This document shows positions 36,851 through 45,304 of a DNA stretch of 64,000 nt, one piece after another. A program made the translations under genes and the position numbers. Position 1 is the stretch's first letter, and the number at the start of each line of letters is the position of its first letter. Below the pieces are notes generated by a model. That model saw nothing but the letters and a program-made list of their open reading frames with translations. It ran no database searches and was not told where the DNA came from. Source of the stretch: a virus; IMG/VR virus record IMGVR_UViG_3300046001_006524, positions 5,205-69,204 of that record; one strand, 5' to 3'.

Positions 36851-39748
36851 TTATATCGTATAATAAATCCAACTTAACATTTGATTTGCCATTCCCCAAT
36901 ACCCTAAAATACCAGGATGTATAGTGTCTTGAGATGTGACATAAGTATTTGACATATCTTCCAAAGACACAGAATTTCTACTATTACAACTAATTGGACT
37001 TTGAATGTGATACGTTGGTAATAAGAACTTTTTATTAGTATTTTGAGTTGCTAAAACCCCTAAAGTGGCTTTTAAAATAGTCATAATTTCAAACTTATAA
37101 TCATTATAACCTGTGTAAAAATCAGTAATAACACCTTTATCATTCCATTTATTTGGGTAAAAAACTCCTAAATTTCTATTAATCATAATACCAACATTAA
37201 TAGTCGAATATTCGCTTGAAATAATGTTAGATAGCGATATAATATCATCTGCAACTCGTTGAGAAGTTGGAGTAGATTGAAACCTGTCATTTTCACACAA
37301 TGCAATTATGACGTGCGTTGGCAAGCATACATCGTAACTATTAATGTCTGTAACCAATGTTCCAGCAGTACTTCCAACTACTAATCTTGTCACTCCATTA
37401 CTTTGTAACGTTTTGTATCTATCTAAATAAGCGGTAAGTGAAAACGCATTTGTAGAACCAACCGTTTGTGCTTTAGCTTTGCTAAAAAACGGATTTAAAG
37501 GATTGTCTAATAAATAATTCATCTGAGCATCAATTGCAGCTTTATTTCCAACACTTCCCGTATAACTTCCTGTACCGCCTGTCCATTGTGAATATTGTTT
37601 CAAATAATCCCAAATATTTGAATCATAATCCCAAACATTTTTCCCCATAACAGTTGTTGCAATCAATTCTCTATGCGCGGATGTACTATTAAAAGCAGTC
37701 ACCTGTGTTGTTAATAGTCCTAAAATTGCCCAAGAAGCTGCTCCGGAAGAATTTTGAAGTCCACTTGCTGAATAACCACCTAATAAAAAAGCGTGTCTTA
37801 AATATGTAGCTGTTGCCCATCCACCTCTACCCTCGCCAAATGAACGCATAGGATAATTTACACTTTTATAATTAAAACTTCTACCAGTAGCATTATTCGC
37901 AGTGCCAATGTTTGTGACATTAATATTACCACCATGGTCTGCATTATCCATTAAAGACATCTCTTTTAAAATAGAAACATAACCCCATCCCCCTTTATAT
38001 GTTCCATCAGGATATGGAGAATCTGTTCCAGTCAAACTATCTCCGATGCAAAGTAAATTGATGGTTTTATTTTTAGCATTTGAACTTTTAGTCTTTATGT
38101 AGTTGAAATTTTGAGATTTTGATTTATACCCAAATCCATCTAATTTAATTGTCTTAACAGTCGTTTCTTTTGTCGAAATATTTTTAACATTATTTTGAAT
38201 TGAAAGGCTTCTATTTTCGTTGATATTTACAGGCAAAACTTTCTTTAAAATAGATTCTGGATATAATTTGTCAATATATTCACGTGTATAAAAAGCAGCA
38301 GAATCATTGTCCGTTCCAAAAATAAATTCAGGATATAAAGTTTCATAATCTAATCCATTGGCATTTAATAAATATGCCAAAAGGCTTGATTTCACATCCC
38401 TTGAAGTATCATTAAAAGTATGGTCAAAACCACCAAGTGAAAAATTATAACCCGTCATTCCTAAATTAAAACCAGTAAAATCAATCGCTATTACCGTTCT
38501 ATTCCCGTTTTGTGTTAAGTCAATTACTTTTTTACCAACTAATGAAGTGTCCGTTACTAAATAATAGCAATAAGAAGTATCAACACCCCCGTAAGTTCCT
38601 TGTATTGATAAAAAGAATTTTCCTGTAACACCGTCATGATTCATTGATAAATATTGAAAATACATATTTGTCCATCCAGTAAGGTTAAACAATTGCATTT
38701 CTATAACGTGACTTCTAACCATTTCTCTTGATGGTGGATCATAAGTTACGGATGGAAGCCAATTGATTTTTCCTTTTTTCAATGTATTAATTGTTTTTAC
38801 ATTCTCTGTTTCAAGCAATGTAACTCTATTATTTGTTACAATAGCATCTTCTGTTTTTTGATATTTTATTATATTAACATCTTCATATAAAATAGTAATT
38901 ATACCATTAGAACTTGATGTTCTCATATATTTTGCTCCAATAGGAACTGTGAATAATTGATTTTCCCAAACTAAACCAGTTGTGCCATCAGGTGTCATTA
39001 TTTGTATTATATTATATAAATAATCATAAAATACCACACCCATACTTCCGTGAATATGCCCAATATATCTATACTGTTTTCCTTCATAAACAGGGATAAA
39101 TCCATCAGAAGCTGCATATCCAGAAAGAGTAGCAGTAGTTCCGTTGTACTGATAATATTTGTTACTTAAAGTAGAAATACCTAACGCTACATTTTCACCA
39201 AGCGTAAGATAAACATCTGACATATTTGCCTTTTTACTCAACCTATCAACCCACTTACTACTCGTCCCAGGAACATCAGTTGAAAGAGTTGCTGCATTTG
39301 AAACCCAATCTTTACCTAAGTGGTTTACTTGGTCGGCTAATAGGTAAGTACCCGCAGTCCACGGTGTTATTTTTACTCCGCTACCTTGTGCGCCTTGTAT
39401 TCCTTGTTCGCCTTTTAAAGATAATAACCATTGCGCTTCTGTGCCTACAAAACCATTATTTACTGCAATTTTATAAGCAGTAATCACTTCTAAACCCGTA
39501 TTTACATTTAAAAAAGTCATAAGCGTAGCCAAATCAGCAAAAGGATTTCCATTTACATCAACTATTTGCGAAAATTCATAACCATCTCTATCAGGCAAAA
39601 CTTGGTCAGAAGTTATATCATAGAATCTTATTCTTGTACCGTTAGATACTAAATAAATATCAGATTTTACTTTTCTTAGTATTTCATAGGTGGTTACGGT
39701 ATTCGTAATTATGAAATAGTTTCCTTGTGTTTCAAATTTAAAAGCCAT
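36851..39748 (-). CDS. virion fibre/spike with SGNH/GDSL esterase domain
   Basis: Shared N-terminal domain, GFVGTEAQWL..GxxG collagen-like linker, and SGNH blocks CIGDSLT, GRGGW, ENDR, DTIHP. Confidence 0.75.
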   Translation of the reverse strand: MAFKFETQGNYFIITNTVTTYEILRKVKSDIYLVSNGTRIRFYDITSDQVLPDRDGYEFSQIVDVNGNPFADLATLMTFLNVNTGLEVITAYKIAVNNGFVGTEAQWLLSLKGEQGIQGAQGSGVKITPWTAGTYLLADQVNHLGKDWVSNAATLSTDVPGTSSKWVDRLSKKANMSDVYLTLGENVALGISTLSNKYYQYNGTTATLSGYAASDGFIPVYEGKQYRYIGHIHGSMGVVFYDYLYNIIQIMTPDGTTGLVWENQLFTVPIGAKYMRTSSSNGIITILYEDVNIIKYQKTEDAIVTNNRVTLLETENVKTINTLKKGKINWLPSVTYDPPSREMVRSHVIEMQLFNLTGWTNMYFQYLSMNHDGVTGKFFLSIQGTYGGVDTSYCYYLVTDTSLVGKKVIDLTQNGNRTVIAIDFTGFNLGMTGYNFSLGGFDHTFNDTSRDVKSSLLAYLLNANGLDYETLYPEFIFGTDNDSAAFYTREYIDKLYPESILKKVLPVNINENRSLSIQNNVKNISTKETTVKTIKLDGFGYKSKSQNFNYIKTKSSNAKNKTINLLCIGDSLTGTDSPYPDGTYKGGWGYVSILKEMSLMDNADHGGNINVTNIGTANNATGRSFNYKSVNYPMRSFGEGRGGWATATYLRHAFLLGGYSASGLQNSSGAASWAILGLLTTQVTAFNSTSAHRELIATTVMGKNVWDYDSNIWDYLKQYSQWTGGTGSYTGSVGNKAAIDAQMNYLLDNPLNPFFSKAKAQTVGSTNAFSLTAYLDRYKTLQSNGVTRLVVGSTAGTLVTDINSYDVCLPTHVIIALCENDRFQSTPTSQRVADDIISLSNIISSEYSTINVGIMINRNLGVFYPNKWNDKGVITDFYTGYNDYKFEIMTILKATLGVLATQNTNKKFLLPTYHIQSPISCNSRNSVSLEDMSNTYVTSQDTIHPGILGYWGMANQMLSWIYYTI

Positions 39749-39774
39749 AGCGATTGAGTATTAATAATTTGTAT

Positions 39775-39782
39775 CAAAAGTA
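39775..39782 (-). promoter_or_regulatory. promoter -7 element (TACTTTTG)
   Basis: TAnnTTTG on (-), straddled by palindromes at 39757-39775 and 39779-39797. Confidence 0.7.
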
Positions 39783-39804
39783 CGATAAATTCGTATTAGT
39801 TTGG

Positions 39805-41385
39805 TTAAATTTTTTTAATAAGTTGTAAATCAAATGTAGTCCACAATCCTTTAGTGAAAATTATGTGTTGTGCAATTTGGTTTTTTCCTACTATTACGTT
39901 TGCAATACTCCAGCTACTTGCACCTTTTGAAGCATATTTTTGGTTTCTTATATTATGCCCGACTGAAAATAAATCGTCTGCACGATAAGCTGAATGGTCG
40001 TGTGCTTTAATAATTGGTATGTCTAAATTTCTAAAACCTACATTACTTCCACGTGATCCGTTTGTTCCTGAATCACCGTGCAAACCACATTCGTATTTTC
40101 CAATCATATAACTGTCTTGTGTAGATAAAGTCGTAATTTCATCGCCAAACAACGTGTTCAAATAATAAGCAACCACACCTTTTTCGGCTTTATTTTCCAT
40201 AACTGCCGTAGTATATTTGAAATAAAATAGCGAATTTGGAATATCTTTACGCCAATCGTTTTGTAAAATTCTGTCAAATCTGTCATTGTGATTTGCTGAA
40301 GGAATTACGATACCATATTTTAGTTTAGGTTCAAGCCACTCACCTAATTCTTTTAACTCTTTTTCTATTAAATGATTTCCGTTTTGAAGTCTTGCATATT
40401 GTTGAATTGGGTCTTTTAAAATGTGATTGTTACAACTTTCGCCATCAACCGCATCGTGCAAAACCAATTTTTTTATGTTAAAAGCGTTACAAATTTCATC
40501 GTTTGCTTGGTCTATTTCGGCAATTACTTGGTTTCCGTGCGAATCACCACAAATTAAACCGTCTGCGTAATCTACAACGCTAATATTTTGGTTGTTTACC
40601 TCGTAGATTAAATCTATAAAATTTCCTTGTTTGTCTGCTTCAACTTGGCGAAAATGAAATATTTTGTCATCTCGTATTTCCACAATTACAAACCCAAATT
40701 TATGAGAGTTTTCAGCAATTTTGCCTTGTTTTGAATCGGTGTAATTAGGCATTGTGATTGCGCCCGTAGTCAAAACCATTTTATTTGCATAACCGTTAAG
40801 TGTTGGTTCTGTTTTTAAATGAAGTTTTGGGTGTCCTACGATTATACTTTTGCCTTGACTTAAACCTTGTATTCCCGTTAAAGGATATTTTGCAGTCGGA
40901 CTAATTTTAACATCAGCCAAAACGGTTAAATATTCGTGAATGTCGTGTCTTGATGCGCTTTGATAATCTTTGGTTTTTACATTCCAATTTTCTTTGTTTT
41001 TATCAGTAAATACCGAAGTTGGATTTTTATACCTACCTAAAATAACGCACAATTCAGCGTTTAAATGTTGTTTGTAGGCTAAAATATTGTTGTAAAAGTT
41101 TTCGTGTAATGGAGTTTCGTTTTGCTCGTAAGTAATTATGTAATATTTACTGTTGGCTAAAACCTTGTCTTTGGCATTTTTGTATTCTTTGGTATCTTCT
41201 AATCTGAATTTATTGTCGGTTAAATCTCGGTTGTCTAAGATTTTAGAAACTCTGCGCCTAAAAGTGTCGTTGTATTCGTGATTTTTGTTATTCTTGCAGA
41301 AGTCTTGCGCTAAAAATGTAATGTTTTTCTGTTCTTTGTGTAATTCAACTAATAATTTTTTGTCCTCATTTGTTAGTTTACCCAT
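39805..41385 (-). CDS. T5 A1-like calcineurin-fold metallophosphoesterase/nuclease
   Basis: Metal motifs GDSH, HDAVDG, ANHNDR, LHGD, AHDHS. N-terminal IITYEQNETPLH..TTGAITMPNY..HKFGFVIVE resembles the A1 family. Confidence 0.65.
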   Translation of the reverse strand: MGKLTNEDKKLLVELHKEQKNITFLAQDFCKNNKNHEYNDTFRRRVSKILDNRDLTDNKFRLEDTKEYKNAKDKVLANSKYYIITYEQNETPLHENFYNNILAYKQHLNAELCVILGRYKNPTSVFTDKNKENWNVKTKDYQSASRHDIHEYLTVLADVKISPTAKYPLTGIQGLSQGKSIIVGHPKLHLKTEPTLNGYANKMVLTTGAITMPNYTDSKQGKIAENSHKFGFVIVEIRDDKIFHFRQVEADKQGNFIDLIYEVNNQNISVVDYADGLICGDSHGNQVIAEIDQANDEICNAFNIKKLVLHDAVDGESCNNHILKDPIQQYARLQNGNHLIEKELKELGEWLEPKLKYGIVIPSANHNDRFDRILQNDWRKDIPNSLFYFKYTTAVMENKAEKGVVAYYLNTLFGDEITTLSTQDSYMIGKYECGLHGDSGTNGSRGSNVGFRNLDIPIIKAHDHSAYRADDLFSVGHNIRNQKYASKGASSWSIANVIVGKNQIAQHIIFTKGLWTTFDLQLIKKI

Positions 41386-41410
41386 AATAGCAATTTTTCG
41401 TTTGTGTTAT

Positions 41411-41770
41411 TTAGTTAATTGATAATACGGCTATCATTCCCACGATAATACCGCCAATTCCATATAAAAACCCGTTTTTCCCTTTTCGGCTTTCTTTTAG
41501 GATGTCTTTATTTAAAATGTCTATTTGTTTTTGTGTTTTTTCTTGTTTGGCTTTTTCAGTTTCTAATTCATTGAAAACGGCTAAATTTGTGTCAATGAGC
41601 TTGTCTAAAATGATTGTTTTTTTATCATAGGCAACTTGCAAAGAATCGCACCTTTCCAAATCTTTCATAATTTTTACCAACGTTGTATTTTTAACAAGCC
41701 TACTCGTACTTTGCGAGAAAGCGACTGATGTCATCGTCAGTAATAATGCGGTTATTAATAATTTCTTCAT
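41411..41770 (-). CDS. spanin-like lysis accessory protein
   Basis: Signal peptide, coiled coil and C-terminal TM helix; overlaps the upstream gene. Confidence 0.5.
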   Translation of the reverse strand: MKKLLITALLLTMTSVAFSQSTSRLVKNTTLVKIMKDLERCDSLQVAYDKKTIILDKLIDTNLAVFNELETEKAKQEKTQKQIDILNKDILKESRKGKNGFLYGIGGIIVGMIAVLSIN

Positions 41771-42056
41771 CTTTTTTTAATTTAGTGTCTATTTGTATGC
41801 TTTTTTCCCTGATTATAATTGTTTCCGCTTTGCCTAATTTTATCAAATCTTTTATCTTTAAATTAGATACCTTAATTTCTGTTTTAAGCGTCACTACTTC
41901 CTTTTCAAGTTGTTTGTAGTATTGATACTTGTAATATGCTTTTTGAGTGCTTAAAACGATTATATACACGAAAAAGATAAATACCAAAATGGTAAATGCT
42001 TTTTCTTTAAAAGTTTGCCCTTTCCAATATTCTTTTATAATTTTTAGTGTTATCAT
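41700..42056 (-). CDS. i-spanin-like (Rz-like) protein
   Basis: N-terminal TM helix plus coiled coil, directly after the endolysin. Confidence 0.55.
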   Translation of the reverse strand: MITLKIIKEYWKGQTFKEKAFTILVFIFFVYIIVLSTQKAYYKYQYYKQLEKEVVTLKTEIKVSNLKIKDLIKLGKAETIIIREKSIQIDTKLKKDEEIINNRIITDDDISRFLAKYE

Positions 42057-42071
42057 ATTGTGTAGATTTTT

Positions 42072-42587
42072 TTATACCCTTTTCATCCAACCGTTAAAAA
42101 ATACTTCTTGCCTTGAATCTTTTTCTACAATTTCTACATATCTTTTAAATTGCAAACCGTTTAAAACCTTTAGTAAAATCGCCTTATCAACTTTTATATA
42201 TGCGGTAATTGTTTTTGAGCCAATATCTCCATCAATAGTTAAGTCTGAAAAATTACTACCGTTTCTATTTAATAGATTTAATGCTTCTTGAAACATTTTA
42301 GATGCTGTTCTAATACCCATATTAACTGCCGTATCAAATAATTCTAAGGCAATTTTTAAATCTTCTACATAATCTAATTTTATGGCAGACCAATAATCTT
42401 TATAATAAATATCTTGTGCGTTTTGCAATGTTAGATTTTTGATGTCTAAATTTGGATAGGCACGTTTTGAAATACCATATTTAGTTTCACCACCTCTATC
42501 ATTTGGGTTATTTACATAACCACCCTCAATACCTATAATTTCCTTGAACGCTATTTTAAAATTGTTTGTCATCTTTCTAAAACCCAT
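42072..42587 (-). CDS. endolysin, glycoside hydrolase family 108 with PG-binding_3 domain
   Basis: EGGYVNNPNDRGGETKYGIS, FDTAVNMG, DGDIGSKT, FFNGWMKRV. Confidence 0.92.
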   Translation of the reverse strand: MGFRKMTNNFKIAFKEIIGIEGGYVNNPNDRGGETKYGISKRAYPNLDIKNLTLQNAQDIYYKDYWSAIKLDYVEDLKIALELFDTAVNMGIRTASKMFQEALNLLNRNGSNFSDLTIDGDIGSKTITAYIKVDKAILLKVLNGLQFKRYVEIVEKDSRQEVFFNGWMKRV

Positions 42588-42886
42588 TTAACTATTAATA
42601 TAATTCCCGAAACCATAAAAGAAACTACTCCAGCAGCTACAATCAATTCCTTGTATTTGGATAACAAGTATTTTATTTCGGTATCGTGTCGGTTACTTCT
42701 TTCTATAAACCCCTCGCTTTTTGTGTTTGAATCACTATTAAAGAAAAATAAAATACGCTTCACGTCATCGGAAGTTTCCTTTAAATCTCTTTTTAATATT
42801 TCTACGTCCTTTGTTAAATCGTTAATAGAGTTTTGATTTTCCAATGCGATTTGTTTTTGCGTTAATTTGTTGTAGTGTTGTTCCAT
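42569..42886 (-). CDS. membrane-anchored coiled-coil protein (holin/antiholin-like)
   Basis: Single C-terminal TM helix, overlapping the endolysin start. Confidence 0.5.
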   Translation of the reverse strand: MEQHYNKLTQKQIALENQNSINDLTKDVEILKRDLKETSDDVKRILFFFNSDSNTKSEGFIERSNRHDTEIKYLLSKYKELIVAAGVVSFMVSGIILIVKWVLER

Positions 42887-42913
42887 TTTATAGCAATTTT
42901 TTTACCCATATTT

Positions 42914-43105
42914 CTATGTTTTGTCTTTAAGTTTTAAGACCGTTTCAGTCCATTTTGTTGCACTTATATAAGCCGCCACAATTACAGTCCATTCAGTACC
43001 CGTAATTTTATCCATAAATAAAGCTACTGTGGCAATCATAGTTACTGAAAGCGTTTTACTTACCGTTTTGTTTAAATACTTGTCGATAAATTGTTGTCTG
43101 CTCAT
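42914..43105 (-). CDS. putative holin
   Basis: 63 aa with two hydrophobic segments, upstream of the endolysin. Confidence 0.5.
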   Translation of the reverse strand: MSRQQFIDKYLNKTVSKTLSVTMIATVALFMDKITGTEWTVIVAAYISATKWTETVLKLKDKT

Positions 43106-43521
43106 AGTATTAAATTTTGCGCTTCTTCTTTCTGAATCTTACGCATTTTTAAACTTGTAAATCCTTTGCTTAAATCGTTTAAATCAATAGGTTTTAAATT
43201 AAAATAATAATTTCTAATTTTGGTATAATCGCCTATTTCATTTGCCCAATCCATCCAACAAAATTGTTTTGTCAATCCTAAATAAACATTTGGATATACA
43301 ATACCATTATATTCAAAATCGCCATAAATTTTGCCGTAAACAATGCGTATGGCTTCTTTTTTCTTCCAATAGTAGGATTTGGATATGCTTTCACCGTTTA
43401 ACCCAATGATAGGTTCGTATTCGTCAAGCCAACTCATTTGGCTAAAATCTTTGTCGGTTAAAGTACTAAGGTTTATTCCTTGTGTTTCTACGATGTAATC
43501 TATTACTAATTTTGCGCTCAT
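43102..43521 (-). CDS. hypothetical protein (possible fibre chaperone)
   Basis: 139 aa following the fibre genes. Confidence 0.5.
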   Translation of the reverse strand: MSAKLVIDYIVETQGINLSTLTDKDFSQMSWLDEYEPIIGLNGESISKSYYWKKKEAIRIVYGKIYGDFEYNGIVYPNVYLGLTKQFCWMDWANEIGDYTKIRNYYFNLKPIDLNDLSKGFTSLKMRKIQKEEAQNLIL

Positions 43522-43532
43522 AGGTTTATGTT

Positions 43533-45296
43533 TTATACGGCTAATTCAATGTATTTTATATCAATAAAATCAATTTCTTTTACTATAAATCTACATTTCA
43601 TTTGATTTGGACTTGTTTCACTATATGTATGTTTTAAAATTCCATTAACATAAAAATACATTACGTTAGCAACACGCTGAAATGATATAATATCTTTTGC
43701 GCTTGTACTATAAGGTGCATTTACAGAAGTTTTGTATGTGGAATTATAATAAATAGAGTGATTACTATTCGTTTCTGAACTTATTGCTCTTCTATAATTA
43801 AATGTATTTAAACCGGTAACGGTATCATAAAATGTAAATATTATAAAATCACTTATCATTGATGGTGAGGCTTCTAAAGGAGATAAATCATTTTTAAATG
43901 TTAATCTAAAATTTATATTAATAGGAATTAAAAAAACGTCAGACATACCTTGACTATCTTTTGTAAGAACTTTATATTTTCCATCTATACTTCTATCACT
44001 TACGCCAGAGATAACTGTCCAATCACTTAAAGTAGGTATAAAAACAGTTCCCAAAACAATCATAAAAGCATTTGCAAAAGTTGCACTCAACCCATTATTT
44101 AAAGTAATGGCAAAACTACCTTCTGTTGCACCTGTTGTGATGTTTACTTCAATCCAATTACTACTATGAAATATGGCATAATTAACAGATTGCCCAGTAA
44201 ATATTATTGATGTTGCTAAATTGGCAGTTAAACACATTGAGGGCGTAAAAAACGAACCGTGTAACTGAAAATTACCTGTTGTTGAAGGTAAAGTTGAATC
44301 GGGTACAACGGTATCAATAAACGGTGCGGGTGCGGTTGCAATACTGTATAATTTTAAATTCCCACTTGCATCGGTACTTAAAACTTTGTTTGTTGGTATT
44401 ACACCATCATTTCTTGTACTTGGGTAAGCGGGTAATCTTATTTCACCCGCTAATTTGTTTTTAATATAATCGGGTGATGAAGTATTTGTTTGATTCCAAT
44501 CCGCTTGTGATGAAGCAACTGATGCGACTTCCGTAGATGATAATTTTCTATAATCAGCTTCATTACCCAAAGTAGTGCCTAAATATTCAAAATAAGCACT
44601 TCCGCTTGTAACTTCTGAATGTGCAGAAGCGTCAGTTACGAATTGTATAAATGTGTCTGTTTGCCCTATTTGACCTGCGTATAATGCTATCATATTCGCA
44701 TACTCATTCTCTACAACTTTTGGGATTGGAATGTCATCTATCGTAATAAAAGGCTTTGTAATATCTCCGTTACCATCATTTATAAATTCAGATAAATATG
44801 TCCTTGATGGTTTTGGCGAAACATCATCCCCAACAGTAGCGTTTGGCGCAACATATATCCACCTAATAATATATTGTGTGGCTAAATCTATATTGTTCGG
44901 TGCATAATTTAAAGCAGGCGTTCCTTTTGAAACTGTGATATAACCCATTCCGCCTACTACATCAGGGCGATTTGCCAAAATTAAATCTACTCTGCCAAAA
45001 GTTGCATCACCCGTATCTAATGTTACTGTTTTTGGTGTTGCTGCATAAAATTTATTGCCAGCAGGGAAATTTGTAGCCGTTGCGTAATATGTTAAAGGGG
45101 TTGTTTCAACTGCACTTGCAACTGTTAATTGCTCAACTGTCTGTGGTACATCTATTGCTGTTAAAAATCCCGCATCGTTTACATATTTACTTAATCTTTC
45201 TTCTTGACTGATTATAAATACATTATCTTTGGAAATAGGGTTTTCTGCCCCATAATTTCCTTTACCTTTATCTTTTAAAAATGCGTATTTTTTCAT
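43533..45296 (-). CDS. tail fibre / receptor-binding-type protein with Ig-like and ConA-like domains
   Basis: LSKYVNDAGF and QADWNQT..DYIKNK fibre motifs, IPT-like segment, C-terminal ISFQRV..FYVNG. Confidence 0.6.
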   Translation of the reverse strand: MKKYAFLKDKGKGNYGAENPISKDNVFIISQEERLSKYVNDAGFLTAIDVPQTVEQLTVASAVETTPLTYYATATNFPAGNKFYAATPKTVTLDTGDATFGRVDLILANRPDVVGGMGYITVSKGTPALNYAPNNIDLATQYIIRWIYVAPNATVGDDVSPKPSRTYLSEFINDGNGDITKPFITIDDIPIPKVVENEYANMIALYAGQIGQTDTFIQFVTDASAHSEVTSGSAYFEYLGTTLGNEADYRKLSSTEVASVASSQADWNQTNTSSPDYIKNKLAGEIRLPAYPSTRNDGVIPTNKVLSTDASGNLKLYSIATAPAPFIDTVVPDSTLPSTTGNFQLHGSFFTPSMCLTANLATSIIFTGQSVNYAIFHSSNWIEVNITTGATEGSFAITLNNGLSATFANAFMIVLGTVFIPTLSDWTVISGVSDRSIDGKYKVLTKDSQGMSDVFLIPININFRLTFKNDLSPLEASPSMISDFIIFTFYDTVTGLNTFNYRRAISSETNSNHSIYYNSTYKTSVNAPYSTSAKDIISFQRVANVMYFYVNGILKHTYSETSPNQMKCRFIVKEIDFIDIKYIELAV

Positions 45297-45304
45297 AGTT
45301 TGAT

